Assembly: GCA_965198005.1 (NCBI GenBank)
Contig: CBDAOI010000004.1
Location: forward strand, 1,248,001-1,312,000
Source of the DNA: Spirochaetia bacterium
GTDB taxonomy: Bacteria > Spirochaetota > Spirochaetia > SZUA-6 > Bin103
DNA: 64,000 bases
Reading direction: 5' to 3'
The notes beneath the pieces were generated by a model. It was not told the DNA's origin and searched no databases. It saw only the letters and a list, made by a program, of their open reading frames with translations. The position numbers and the translations under genes are program-made. Shown piece by piece: positions 1-12,277 of the stretch (within the stretch, counting starts at the first letter, position 1; each line of letters opens with the position of its first letter).

Positions 1-1
1 G

Positions 2-391
2 CCGTTCGGGAACAAGACGGTGGTGTTGCGCCTTACCGGACGCGACCTCGTGACTGCGCTGGAGAACGGACTGAGCAAGATCGAGGAGGGCGCCGGCCGG
101 TTTCCCCACCTCTCGGGTGTGCGGGTGGTGTACGATCCGGGCCGGCCGGCGGGGGAGCGGGTGCTCGAAGTGACCCGGCACGGCGTGGCGCTCGACCTCG
201 CGGCCACCTTCCTGCTGGCCACCAACGACTACCTGGGCAACGGCGGCGACGGGTACGACGTGCTCGAGGAGCAGCCGCGGGTGGTCGACGCCTACGCCGG
301 AACGCTGATGGCGGCCCAGGTAATCGAGTACGTCACCGCGCGCGGCGCAGTCGCGGCCGTGGTGGACGGCCGGCTGCGAACGGTCCCCTGA
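2..391 (+). CDS. 5'-nucleotidase/metallophosphatase, C-terminal domain (begins before the window)
   Basis: PFGNKTVVLRLTG..ALENG..GRFPHLSG..ATNDYLGNGGDGY, typical of 5_nucleotid_C; frame is open to the window edge. Confidence 0.9.
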   Translation, partial: PFGNKTVVLRLTGRDLVTALENGLSKIEEGAGRFPHLSGVRVVYDPGRPAGERVLEVTRHGVALDLAATFLLATNDYLGNGGDGYDVLEEQPRVVDAYAGTLMAAQVIEYVTARGAVAAVVDGRLRTVP

Positions 392-478
392 ATCAGTCGG
401 AATAGTGGCGCCGTCGGCGGGAAACCGGGTGCAGGCGGGCGCTGTTGGGCTGTTGGGAAGCACTGACGACGACGAGCA

Positions 479-895
479 ATGACCTCTGAACACGTTCTGC
501 GGGAAAAGCTGCGCAAGATAGAGGCGCTGTTCGCCGGGGCTCTGACCCAAGGCGAGAAATTTGCCGCCGGCGCTGCTGCGGACCGCATCCGCGCGCGCCT
601 GGGTCACGCCGCCCGCCGGGAAGCGGAGATCGAGATGAAATTCTCGATCGCCGATTCGTGGTCGCGACAGTTGTTCACCGCGCTGTGCCGGCGTTACGGT
701 CTCCGTCCGTTCCGCTATCACCGGATGCGCCAGCAGAGCCTCATGATCAAGGCGCCGGAGAGCTTCATCAATCAGGTCCTCTGGCCTGAGTTCGAACAAC
801 TGAACGACGCGCTGAACGCCTACCTCTCCGAGGTGACCGCCAGGGTCATTCGAGAGGAAGTGTACGGCGAAACCAGCGACGCGGAGGAGATCTGA
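479..895 (+). CDS. conserved hypothetical protein (138 aa)
   Basis: ATG ORF with normal protein composition (LRKIEALFAGA..LCRRYGLRPFRY); no function recognised. Confidence 0.7.
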   Translation: MTSEHVLREKLRKIEALFAGALTQGEKFAAGAAADRIRARLGHAARREAEIEMKFSIADSWSRQLFTALCRRYGLRPFRYHRMRQQSLMIKAPESFINQVLWPEFEQLNDALNAYLSEVTARVIREEVYGETSDAEEI

Positions 896-926
896 CGAAC
901 CCGACCGATCGAGAGAACGTACGCCG

Positions 927-2612
927 ATGACCGAACACAACCTGTTGGTGTTTCTGGTGCAGGTGCTGGTGCTGCTGGTGCTGGCGCGCAGCGCCGGCGA
1001 GGTGCTGCGCCACTTCGGCCAGGCGCCGATCGTGGGCGAGATCCTGGTGGGCGTGCTGCTCGGTCCGACGCTGCTGGGACGGGCGTTTCCGGAGCTGCAC
1101 GCGATGCTGTTCCCGCCGGATGCGGTGCAGCGCAGCATGCTGGACGTCGTGTCCTGGTTCGGCGTCCTGTTCCTGCTGCTGGAGACCGGCCTGCACGTGG
1201 ACGTGAGCGCGGCCTGGCGGGCGCGCGGTCCGGCGTTGCGCATCGGCATCATCGGCGTGCTGGTGCCCCTGCTGCTGGGGTCGGCGCTCTCCTTCCTGCT
1301 GCCCGACCGGGTGCTGGCGAACCCCGACCAGCGCTTCATCTTCGCCCTGTTCCTGGGCACCACCATGGCGATCAGCGCGATGGTGATCATCGCGCGCGTG
1401 CTGCACGACCTCGACCTGGTGAAGAGCGACCTGGGCCTGGTGACCCTGTGCGGCTACGCGGTCAACGACGTCCTGGCCTGGGTGGTGTTCAGCGTGGTGC
1501 TGGGGGTGGCCACCAGCGCGGCGGTCAACCTCGGGTCGATCGCCTTTCTGCTGCTGTTCGCGCTCGCCTTCACCGCGCTGTCGCTGACGCTCGGCCTGCG
1601 GCTGGTGGACGCCGTGGTGGCGCGGCTCCGATCGCGCACGGAGCAGCGGCCCGGCGCGGTGCTTACCTTCGTGTGCTGCCTGGGGCTGGGGTGCGGGGCG
1701 CTGACCCAGTGGGTCGGGCTCACGGCGCTGTTCGGGTTCTTTCTGGCCGGCATCATGGCCGGCGAGGCGCGCCACCTTACTGAACGGACGCGCGAGATCA
1801 TCGGGCAGATGGTGCATTCGATCTTCGTGCCGCTCTACTTCGCCGGTCTCGCGCTGCACCTGGACTTCGTCGCCAACTTCGACCTCGGCCTGGTGGCGTT
1901 CGTCACCGTGGTGTCGATCGTCGCCAAGTTCCTCGGCGCCTGGCTGGGCGCCCTCGGGCGCGACATCTCCGCCCAGGACCGGATGTCGATCGGGATCGCC
2001 TTCACGCCGAGCGGGGTCACCGGCATCGTGGTGGCCGGGGTGGCGCTCGAGTATCAGATCATCTCCACGCCGATCTTCGTCGCCATCGTGTGCTCGGCGG
2101 TGGTCTCGGCGCTGCTGGTCGCGCCGTGGCTCTCCTGGTCGATCCGGCGGCGGAAACCGATTGATCTGGCCAGGATCCTGTCGCTCGACTCCACCCTGGC
2201 GGAGCTGCAAGGGGGCGACCGGTTCGCGGCGATCCGGGAGCTGTGCCGGGCCGCGGCGCCGGCCGCGCGCCTGCCGGTGGAGCAGGTCACGGCCGCGGTC
2301 GACGAGCGGGAACGGCTGATGGGGACCGGCATCGGCAACGGCGTGGCGGTGCCGCACGCCCGCCTCGAAGCGCTGCGCCGGCCGGTGATGGCCTTCGGGC
2401 GCGCGCCGGCGGGGCTGGCCTGGGATGCGCCGGACGGCGAACCGGTGCGGTTCGTGTTCCTGGTGCTGACCCCGGCGCGCCAGGAGGGGCTCCAGCTTCA
2501 GATCCTGGCGGCGATCGGCCGTACCATGAGCGGCGACGGGGAGGGGCGGCTGGCGGCCGCGTCCGACGCGCGCGCTCTGCACGAGCGGCTGGCGGCTTCG
2601 TTGCGCCCGTAG
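927..2612 (+). CDS. cation:proton antiporter (CPA2/Na_H_Exchanger) fused to a PTS EIIA domain
   Basis: About 12 hydrophobic helices, [11 protein letters not shown] motif; C-terminal [20 protein letters not shown] (EIIA phospho-His motif). Confidence 0.9.
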   Translation: MTEHNLLVFLVQVLVLLVLARSAGEVLRHFGQAPIVGEILVGVLLGPTLLGRAFPELHAMLFPPDAVQRSMLDVVSWFGVLFLLLETGLHVDVSAAWRARGPALRIGIIGVLVPLLLGSALSFLLPDRVLANPDQRFIFALFLGTTMAISAMVIIARVLHDLDLVKSDLGLVTLCGYAVNDVLAWVVFSVVLGVATSAAVNLGSIAFLLLFALAFTALSLTLGLRLVDAVVARLRSRTEQRPGAVLTFVCCLGLGCGALTQWVGLTALFGFFLAGIMAGEARHLTERTREIIGQMVHSIFVPLYFAGLALHLDFVANFDLGLVAFVTVVSIVAKFLGAWLGALGRDISAQDRMSIGIAFTPSGVTGIVVAGVALEYQIISTPIFVAIVCSAVVSALLVAPWLSWSIRRRKPIDLARILSLDSTLAELQGGDRFAAIRELCRAAAPAARLPVEQVTAAVDERERLMGTGIGNGVAVPHARLEALRRPVMAFGRAPAGLAWDAPDGEPVRFVFLVLTPARQEGLQLQILAAIGRTMSGDGEGRLAAASDARALHERLAASLRP

Positions 2613-2632
2613 GCGCGTTGCGTACCGGCTGC

Positions 2633-4567
<1,935 letters not shown>

Positions 4568-4684
4568 GTTGCTGCGCGGCATGCGCGCGCAGCCCCCGCA
4601 GCCCACGCCGGTGCCGCCCGGTGCCGGCGGCCGGCACCGGGCGCGCGTTGACCGCCGCCCGCCACGATCCCTAACATTGCGCCC

Positions 4685-5614
4685 ATGAAGTTGTTCTACG
4701 CATTTCGCGGGCGCTCGTTCTATCCGTTTCATCACCAGCTACCGTTTCCGGTCTACGTCCCGCCGCCGGAGGTCAGGAGCGCGTGGCTGAGCAAGGTACG
4801 GAGCCTCGGCTTCGAGGCGCTGGAGCTCGGGCTCGACGATCTGGCCGGGAACAGCGACGCCAAAGTCGACGATCTGGGCAAGGAGCTGCGCGACGCCGGC
4901 CTGCCCTGCATCGGCATCCGGGGCGGCGGCGGCCTGCACCATCCGCGGGTGGGAAAGCACAACCGCGCCAGCCTCGAAAACGGCGTGGACCTGGCGGCGC
5001 GGATCGGGGCCAAGGTAGTGAATACTCTGGTCGGCGCGCCGACGGTGCCCGACCTGCCCGGCGCGGGTGACGGCTGGGCCGAGCCGGTCTCACAGTGCTC
5101 CAGCCGGGCGGCGAGCGAGGCGGACTACCGGATCAACGCGGAGGGGATCGCCGCGGTGGCGGACCGGGCGGCCGACCTCGGCGTATCGATCAGCATCGAG
5201 GTGCATCACCACACCATTTGCGACAACAGTTGGTCGACCATTCACCTGCTCGAGCTGATCGGCCGGCCCAACGTCGGCGCCAACCCGGATCTGGGCAACA
5301 TCTACTGGGCCTACGAGGAGCCGGAGGAGACCAGCGAGGAGGCGATTCTGGCCCTGGCCCCGCACGCCAACTACTGGCACATGAAAAACCTGCTGCGATT
5401 CCACCTGCCCGAGTTGCGGCGCGCCCTGTACGTCCGCCGCCCGCTCCCGGACGGCGAGATCAACTACCGGTTCGCGGTGGCGGCGATGCTCGACGCGGGC
5501 TACGACGGGTACGCCGGGGTCGAGGGCATGACGGTCGGCGACCAGCTCACCGACGACGGGCGGAGCTGCGAGCGGATCAAGAGCCTGATCGCTGAACTCA
5601 AGGCCGGCCGGTAG
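4685..5614 (+). CDS. sugar phosphate isomerase/epimerase (xylose isomerase-like TIM barrel)
   Basis: IEVHH, NPDLGN, WHMKN and GVEG metal-binding pattern of the AP_endonuc_2 family. Confidence 0.85.
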   Translation: MKLFYAFRGRSFYPFHHQLPFPVYVPPPEVRSAWLSKVRSLGFEALELGLDDLAGNSDAKVDDLGKELRDAGLPCIGIRGGGGLHHPRVGKHNRASLENGVDLAARIGAKVVNTLVGAPTVPDLPGAGDGWAEPVSQCSSRAASEADYRINAEGIAAVADRAADLGVSISIEVHHHTICDNSWSTIHLLELIGRPNVGANPDLGNIYWAYEEPEETSEEAILALAPHANYWHMKNLLRFHLPELRRALYVRRPLPDGEINYRFAVAAMLDAGYDGYAGVEGMTVGDQLTDDGRSCERIKSLIAELKAGR

Positions 5615-5766
5615 CGCGCGGACGCCGGCGGCGCAGCCCCACCGGCTCGCGGCGGCGGCCGCGGGTCTCGGCTGACGACAACCGACAGACGGCGACAAAA
5701 CGTCGAGAAAACCATAGTCCCGCCGAGACGCTGGCAGCGACGGTGTGTATACTAAGCGACTCAGCC

Positions 5767-6798
5767 ATGGCTCAACTCACGGACAGCGGGCCGGCGTTAC
5801 GGTTGTTTGAACGGCCGGTGGTCGAGGCGGTGGCGATCCTCACGGAACACTACCTGTCGATGGGACGCGAGGCGATACATCGCGTTGGTCGTCCCGGCGA
5901 TACCGAGGCGCTGCATGATTTTCGGGTGGCCCTGCGCCGCTGTCGCGTGTTGCTGCGCGCCTACCGGCCCTGGTTGGGCAAGGCGGCCGGCAAGCGCATG
6001 CGCGGCGGGCTGGGCCGGCTGATGCGGGCCACCAGCGCCGGGCGCGATACGGAGGTGCAGATCGTCTGGCTGGAGGCGCGGCGGCCGGAGTTGCGCGGGA
6101 GTGAACGCACCGGTCTCAACTATCTGTTGGAACGGCTGCAACGGCGCCGGCAAGCCGGGCACGCGGCCGCGGCGGCGGTGCGCACGCGGTTCGAGCGGCT
6201 CGACATGACCTTGGGCGCCCGGCTGGCGCACGTGCCGCCGGTCACGTTGCCGTTCGGCCGCGCGTTCGCGACCCGTCTTGGCAAGGAAGCGACGGTCACG
6301 GCCGCACGGCTGGCCACGATCACCAACACTGCGCACGGCGAACTGCTGCACGACGCGCGGCTGGCGGTGAAGCGGCTGCGGTATCTGGTGGAACCGTTGA
6401 CCGATGACCTGCCGGACGGCACCTGGATCGTGGCGGCGCTCAAGCGGGCCCAGGACGTGATCGGCGAGCTGAACGACTCGCGCCTGCTGGCCAGGACGGT
6501 GGACCGGGCGCTGGTGCGGGCGTCCGAGGAGCACACGGCGCGGCTGCGCGAGCTGGCGATTGCCGGGCGCGAGGAAGAGCTGGCGAACGCGCGCCGGCGC
6601 GACGAACGGTTCGGGCTGATTCGGATCGTGCGGCTGCTGTACGTGCGCCGCGGCGAGTTGCTCGACCAACTGCGCCGGCAGCACCTGATCGAGGCGTCCG
6701 CCGTGTGCGCCTCGCTGCAGCGCGAAGCGACCACGCTCGCCGGCCAAGCCGGGGGCGGCGAGATCACCTTCGCCCCCGAGCAGCAGAAGTCGAGCTGA
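5767..6798 (+). CDS. CHAD domain protein
   Basis: LHDFRVALRR, RDTEV, LHDARLAVKRLRY and AQDVIGELND motifs. Confidence 0.9.
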   Translation: MAQLTDSGPALRLFERPVVEAVAILTEHYLSMGREAIHRVGRPGDTEALHDFRVALRRCRVLLRAYRPWLGKAAGKRMRGGLGRLMRATSAGRDTEVQIVWLEARRPELRGSERTGLNYLLERLQRRRQAGHAAAAAVRTRFERLDMTLGARLAHVPPVTLPFGRAFATRLGKEATVTAARLATITNTAHGELLHDARLAVKRLRYLVEPLTDDLPDGTWIVAALKRAQDVIGELNDSRLLARTVDRALVRASEEHTARLRELAIAGREEELANARRRDERFGLIRIVRLLYVRRGELLDQLRRQHLIEASAVCASLQREATTLAGQAGGGEITFAPEQQKSS

Positions 6799-6908
6799 GT
6801 CGCGTACCCGGGGACAGGCTGACACCGCCGGGCAGCGCAGGGGCGGGGGGCTTGCATCGTTCGCGCCGGCGCCCCATCCTTGTGCCCTGTGCAAGGAGGA
6901 TTGATCGA

Positions 6909-8087
6909 ATGCCCAGCAAGACTCGGATTCTGACCGCCGCCCTCGCGGCGTTCGCGTTGTGTGCCGCGGCCCTGGCCGCGGAGCCGATCAGGATCGGCGT
7001 GCTGCTCCCGTCATCCGGCGTCTACGCCGGACTCGGCAGTGACCAGACCGTCGCCCTGAAGCTGGGCTTCGACGTGTTCGGGCGCGAGGTGGCGGGCCGG
7101 CCGATCGAGCTGATTCACGCCGACACGGAGTCGCGGCCCAACACCGGCTTGGCGCAGATCAAGAAACTGGTGCTGCGGGACCGGGTGGACATCGTGGTCG
7201 GCATCATCTCCTCCGCCGTCGCCGGGGCGGTGCGCGACTTCGTGCACAACGCCCAGGTGCCGCTCATCATCTCCAACGCCGGCAACAACGACATCACCGG
7301 CCAACGCTGCAGCCCGTGGATCCTGCGCACCTCGTTCTCCAACTCCCAGATCAGCCGGGAGATGGGGCCGTGGATGGCGGCTCGGGGGTTCGAGAACGTG
7401 TTTCTCATGGCCTTCGACTACGCCGCCGGGCACCAGGCGATGGAGGCGTTCCGCGGCGGCTTCGTCGGCGCCGGCGGCACCATCGTCGGCGAGGAGTATC
7501 CGCCGCTGGGCGAGACCGAGGACTTCGGTCCCTATCTGGCCAAGGTCAAGGCCGTCGGCCCGGACGCGGTGTACGTGTTCTTCGCCGGCGGCCCCGCCAT
7601 CAAGTTCGTCAAGGAGTGGGCGGCGTTCGGCCTGCAGGGCGCGGTGCAGCTCGCCGGCGCGGGCTGGCTCAACTCGGCGCTGTACATCAACGCGCAGGGG
7701 ATGGACGCGGAGGGCGCGCTCGGCATCCTCAACTACGTGCCGTCGATCGACACCCTCGAGAATCACGCCTTTCAGGAACGGTTCCAGGCGGCGCACGGCC
7801 GCGCCGGATCCGAGTTCGGCGTCGCCGCCTTCGACAGTGCCCGGCTCATCGTCGAAGCGCTGCAGTCGACCGGGGGCAACACCGAGGACCGGGCGGCGCT
7901 GGTCGAGGCGCTGCGGACCACCCGCTTCGACGGCCCGCGCGGCCCCTTCCGGATCGACCCCAAGACCAACAACGTGATCCAGAACGTCTACATCTTCGAG
8001 GTCCAGGCCCAGGGCGACGGCGTGGCGGCCGTGGTGCAGGACGTGGTCCCCAACGTCCAGGACCCGCCCAACGGCTGCACGCTGTAG
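6909..8087 (+). CDS. ABC transporter substrate-binding protein, branched-chain amino acid/aromatic type (Peripla_BP_6)
   Basis: Signal peptide, IRIGVLLPSSG, DYAAG, FDGPRGPF; RBS AGGAGGA upstream. Confidence 0.9.
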   Translation: MPSKTRILTAALAAFALCAAALAAEPIRIGVLLPSSGVYAGLGSDQTVALKLGFDVFGREVAGRPIELIHADTESRPNTGLAQIKKLVLRDRVDIVVGIISSAVAGAVRDFVHNAQVPLIISNAGNNDITGQRCSPWILRTSFSNSQISREMGPWMAARGFENVFLMAFDYAAGHQAMEAFRGGFVGAGGTIVGEEYPPLGETEDFGPYLAKVKAVGPDAVYVFFAGGPAIKFVKEWAAFGLQGAVQLAGAGWLNSALYINAQGMDAEGALGILNYVPSIDTLENHAFQERFQAAHGRAGSEFGVAAFDSARLIVEALQSTGGNTEDRAALVEALRTTRFDGPRGPFRIDPKTNNVIQNVYIFEVQAQGDGVAAVVQDVVPNVQDPPNGCTL

Positions 8088-8145
8088 CGGGCCGCAACCG
8101 GCGGCGCGGGGCGGCGGCGAATGGCGGCGGCGAAGGGACGCGCGT

Positions 8146-9354
8146 TCAGGCGTCCTGCGCCTGTCGCCGGATGAAGCGGCCGAGCAGCGGCACGGCGAAC
8201 GAATACCTGCCGTGCCGGTTCTTGTACACCAGTCCCTGGGCCGCGAGGGCGACGAGCATCTGGTTGACGTGGCTGCTGCTGAACGGTTTGTCCAGGACGC
8301 GCCTCGAGGCCGCGACCACTTCCTGCACCGTGAATTGGTCGTCGCAGTGGTCGAGTCTCGAGATTGCCGACAGCAGCTCCCGTTGGCGGTCGGTCGGGCG
8401 CGCCCAGCGTCCCGCGAAGAAGTCGGTGTCCAGTTTCTGCTCGATCTCCACGACCGGGACCGAGGCCGGCCTCGCTCCATCGAGCCGTTGCAGGAACGCG
8501 TCGTACACCTCGCGGCAAATGAACTGGATGAAGTACGGATAGCCGCCGGACATGGCGACGATGGTTGCGACCGCGTCATCGTCAAGCTCCAGCGGGCACT
8601 CGGCATCCGCGATCGGCCGGCGAATGGCGGCCTCGCTTTCGCTGCGGTCGAGGCTCTGCAGGAACAGGACGCGAAACATCCGTTCCGAAAAGGTCCTGGC
8701 CTCCACCAGCTTGGGGAACAACGTCGGCAGCCCGGTGAGAACCAGCATCACGGGAAGCCCCTTCCTTTGCAGTGACTGAAAGCAGTCGAGCAGCAGCGAC
8801 AGCGGATAGTGTTCCTTCGCCGACTGATCGGCAAGGTTCTGCGCCTCGTCGTAGGCGACGATGATCCCCCGTATCCGGTGATGCTGCGATAACGCCCGCC
8901 AGGCGATCTCGAGCACCGTCTTGAGCTTGTCCAGCGGCAGTCCCGGCACGCCGTGGTAGAGATCGATCAGCGCCTGGTAGCCCAGCGTATGCCGGATTTC
9001 CTCGGTGCCGAGGTCGAACCCGACGCGGCGCACCCGCTCGGTTTCCACCACCACGCCCGACGTGATCGGCGCCAAGTCCGTGCACAGCCGGATCACCAGG
9101 CGGTCTTCGCTCACGCTCGCCGACTCCGACAGGTCCGTGCCCACCCATACCCATCCGAGCTCCATCGCCAGCGGCCTGAACGAGTCGAGCAGCACCGTCT
9201 TGCCGACGCCGCGCAGCCCGGTCAGGACCAGGTTCTCCAGAATCGTGGTCTGCCCGAGCAGCCGGCGGAACTCCTCGCGCTCCGCCCGGCGTCCCGCCAG
9301 ATACGGCGGAGCGTGCCCCGCCCCGGGACGAAACGGGTTTGCGAACTGCGCCAT
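8146..9354 (-). CDS. AAA (AAA_16-type) ATPase with a C-terminal winged helix
   Basis: NPFRPGAG..LAGR, GLRGVGKT, YDEAQ, GYPYFIQ, FAVPLLGRFI; paralog at 53220-54449. Confidence 0.88.
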   Translation of the reverse strand: MAQFANPFRPGAGHAPPYLAGRRAEREEFRRLLGQTTILENLVLTGLRGVGKTVLLDSFRPLAMELGWVWVGTDLSESASVSEDRLVIRLCTDLAPITSGVVVETERVRRVGFDLGTEEIRHTLGYQALIDLYHGVPGLPLDKLKTVLEIAWRALSQHHRIRGIIVAYDEAQNLADQSAKEHYPLSLLLDCFQSLQRKGLPVMLVLTGLPTLFPKLVEARTFSERMFRVLFLQSLDRSESEAAIRRPIADAECPLELDDDAVATIVAMSGGYPYFIQFICREVYDAFLQRLDGARPASVPVVEIEQKLDTDFFAGRWARPTDRQRELLSAISRLDHCDDQFTVQEVVAASRRVLDKPFSSSHVNQMLVALAAQGLVYKNRHGRYSFAVPLLGRFIRRQAQDA

Positions 9355-9415
9355 GTCGATGCTTAGCCCTCCAAAGGGTCAAAGATAAATTTAGTTGTTG
9401 AAATTAATTTAGTCA

Positions 9416-9598
9416 ATAGAAATTGACATTCGAGAAAACGAGGACGCCTGAGTGGTACGACTCTACGCGAATGAGAACTTCCCGATTCACCTTCGACCCG
9501 GACCAAAACTCGAGCGCTACTTCGGGCTCTCCAGCTCGCTGATTGAACGGCTCCTTGACGAACAATTCACCGCAGTCGCTGCCGGCCGGCTGGGCTGA
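9416..9598 (+). pseudogene. relic of a DUF433 antitoxin C-terminus and a DUF5615/PIN toxin N-terminus
   Basis: IEIDIRENEDA* (stop 9449-9451) followed directly by GTG-VRLYANENFP (9452), then unrelated sequence. Confidence 0.55.
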
Positions 9599-9603
9599 CG
9601 AAG

Positions 9604-12132
9604 ATGCGTTACCAAGCGCGGCCAGTGTATGATGGCGAATCGCCTGCGCCGTACACGATAGCTGAAGGAGGGCAACTCGTGCCGATCTTGAAGGTAGCCT
9701 ACAACCAGCGGCAGGAGCCGCTGGAGTTGCTGCTGCGGACGATTGACCGGCCTGGAGATTACTGCATGCAAGACCGGCTGCTGATGCCGATGCCGCGCGT
9801 GGAGGTCGAAGGGGCGCGCTCGCTATCGTTTCCGATCACCGAGGAGCAGGCGCGTTCGCTGGCCGCGGTGGCGGAGCCGGCGCCCTACGGCAGAGGTGAG
9901 CAGACGCTGGTGGACCGTTCCGTCCGCGCCTGCCGGCAGATCGATGCGGCGCGGGTGCGCATCAGCGGCGGCGCGTGGCGCGACACCCTGGCACAGGTGG
10001 TCGCGCGGGCCGCAACCGGACTCGGCTCCCCTCCCGAGCAGACGTCTGCGCAACTGTACAAGCTGCTGGTGTACGAGCCGGGCGGGTTCTTCGCCCCGCA
10101 CCGGGATACCGAGAAGGTCGACGGCATGGTCGCCACGCTGGTGGTGTCGCTGCCGGTCGCGGGCGCCGGCGGCGAGCTGGTGATTCGCCACCGCGATCGA
10201 CAGACGGTGGTCGACCTGCGCACCGAGGAACCCTCCGAGCTCGCTTTCGCCGCGTTCTACGCGGACTGCGTGCATGAAACCCGACGCGTGACGGCCGGCT
10301 ACCGTATCGTCCTCGTCTACCATCTGGTGGTGCGGGGTGCTGCTGCCGCGGTGCTTGAGGCCGCACCCGAGTTCGGCTCGCAGGAGGAGCAGATCGCCGC
10401 CGGGCTCGGGAGCTGGGAAGCAACGTCGGCGGCGGGTGACAAGCTGGTCTGGCTTCTGGAGCACCAATACAGCGAAGCGGGTCTGTCCTTCGACGTGCTG
10501 AAGAACAGGGACGCGGCGCTCGGCCGTGTCCTCGTCCGCGCAGCGGAACGGGCGAATCACGCGCTGCACGCGGCCATCCTCAGTATCTACGAGTGGGGCA
10601 CCATGGACGAATCGGGCGACCTCCCCGGGTGGGACGAACCCGGGGACGACGATTCGGACGACGACGATTGGGACGAGGGGCGGATCGTTTCCACGCGCGA
10701 GCTGCGCGGATTGGTCGCTCCGGACGGCTCGCGGCCCGATTACGGCGTGCTGCCGCTGCTGCCGGGGGAACTGCTTCCGATCGGAGTGCTGGATAGCGTG
10801 GAACCGGACGACGAGGACGTCACGGTGACCGGTAACGAAGGCGTCCAGCTATCCCGCAGCTATCGCCGCGCGGCCCTGGTGCTCTGGCCCCGGGGGAGGA
10901 CCGTGGGGACGCTCGCCCGTGGCGGAATCGAGCGTGCCGTCGCCTTGTTCACTGACGATCTGGCGCGGTTGGAGCGCGATTCCGGCGCACGACGCCACCT
11001 GTCCGGCCTCGCTGCTCAGCTCATCGACGCGTGGCCGGCGGCGGATCCCACCCGGCTCTACCGTCGGCATGACCCGGACGAGGTGCAGCAGGGCTGCCGG
11101 GACGTGCTGCGCCTGCTGCGCCGGCTTGGCGACGAGGACACGACCCGTCGCTTCCTGCGCGAGGTTGTTACCCCACACTACACCGGTAGCGAGAATGACG
11201 AGTTGCAGGCGACGGCCGCCGTAATCTCCCCGGCTACCCTGCGGACTTGGCTGCCGGAGTTCACGGCGGCGAATCTCGCGGACGTCCCGGAAGGCGTGCT
11301 CGATCTGCTGTGGCGCCTGTGCCCGGGCGCAGATTCGCCCGACGAACCGGATCAGCACCGGCGCCCCGCGCTGACCGGCGCGGTGCGCTCCGCCTGCCGG
11401 ATGCTGCCGGTGGTGGTAGGCGCCACGCCCGCCGCCGAGTCTTCCCGGAGTTTCCGGCATGGGTCGTCGCGGAACTCCGTCCGACCGCTGAGCGCGCAGG
11501 CGATCCGCGCCCTGTTGGGGTTGATCTGGTATTGCGCACCGGCCGCCGCGGCTGCGGACGCGGTCGCCCTGCTGGTGCAGCGACCCGTAGCGGCGCCGCC
11601 GGACCGTGCCCTGCCGCAGGCGCTGGCGGAACTGGCGCACCTTGGCGGTTCGAACGCTGCCGCGGCCGAGCCCGCCGGGTTCGTGACCCTGTGGCGGCAT
11701 GCAGCGAGCTGCCTGCTGGCGCGTAGCGCGACGCCGCCGGAGCAACCGGTCGATTGGGTGATCAAGGCCGAGGTCAGGTGTGACTGCCCGAATTGCGCAC
11801 GGCTGGGGGCGTTCTGCGCCGATCCCGAGGCCACCACCGTGCGGTTTTCGATGCGGCAGGATCGGCGCCTGCACGTCGAGTCGAACATCAACTATTTGAA
11901 ACTGGACATCGACTGCGAAACCGAGCGCACGGGCAGTCCGCACACCCTGGTGTGCACCAAGAACCGAGCCACCTTCGAGCGCCGCTGCGCGCAGTACGCC
12001 GAGGACCTCGCCCACATGCGGCTGCTGGTTGCCGCCGCCCCGCGAAGCGAAACGGATGCCGTCGGCGCGGCGAATCTGCCGCAACTGCACGCAGCAATTG
12101 CGCGCGAGCCGGCCGCCGCGGGTGGCGCCTGA
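9604..12132 (+). CDS. large 2OG-Fe(II) oxygenase-domain protein with a C-terminal CxCxxC region (start uncertain)
   Basis: LYKLLVYEPGGFFAPHRDTEK..GGELVIRH..FYADCVHE..GYRIVLVYHL (HxD..H..R); CDCPNC near the C-terminus. Confidence 0.85.
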   Translation: MRYQARPVYDGESPAPYTIAEGGQLVPILKVAYNQRQEPLELLLRTIDRPGDYCMQDRLLMPMPRVEVEGARSLSFPITEEQARSLAAVAEPAPYGRGEQTLVDRSVRACRQIDAARVRISGGAWRDTLAQVVARAATGLGSPPEQTSAQLYKLLVYEPGGFFAPHRDTEKVDGMVATLVVSLPVAGAGGELVIRHRDRQTVVDLRTEEPSELAFAAFYADCVHETRRVTAGYRIVLVYHLVVRGAAAAVLEAAPEFGSQEEQIAAGLGSWEATSAAGDKLVWLLEHQYSEAGLSFDVLKNRDAALGRVLVRAAERANHALHAAILSIYEWGTMDESGDLPGWDEPGDDDSDDDDWDEGRIVSTRELRGLVAPDGSRPDYGVLPLLPGELLPIGVLDSVEPDDEDVTVTGNEGVQLSRSYRRAALVLWPRGRTVGTLARGGIERAVALFTDDLARLERDSGARRHLSGLAAQLIDAWPAADPTRLYRRHDPDEVQQGCRDVLRLLRRLGDEDTTRRFLREVVTPHYTGSENDELQATAAVISPATLRTWLPEFTAANLADVPEGVLDLLWRLCPGADSPDEPDQHRRPALTGAVRSACRMLPVVVGATPAAESSRSFRHGSSRNSVRPLSAQAIRALLGLIWYCAPAAAAADAVALLVQRPVAAPPDRALPQALAELAHLGGSNAAAAEPAGFVTLWRHAASCLLARSATPPEQPVDWVIKAEVRCDCPNCARLGAFCADPEATTVRFSMRQDRRLHVESNINYLKLDIDCETERTGSPHTLVCTKNRATFERRCAQYAEDLAHMRLLVAAAPRSETDAVGAANLPQLHAAIAREPAAAGGA

Positions 12133-12277
12133 CCGTGTCGGGCGCGCGTGCCCGCCTACCCAGCACAGGCTGTGGGGCCGTCATGCGGCAGGGGCGTCAG
12201 GCCATGAAGCCGGATGAGCACGATCACTATGTGCTGTATACTATCTACGAAACTGTCGCCAAACGAAGGTGTTTTGT

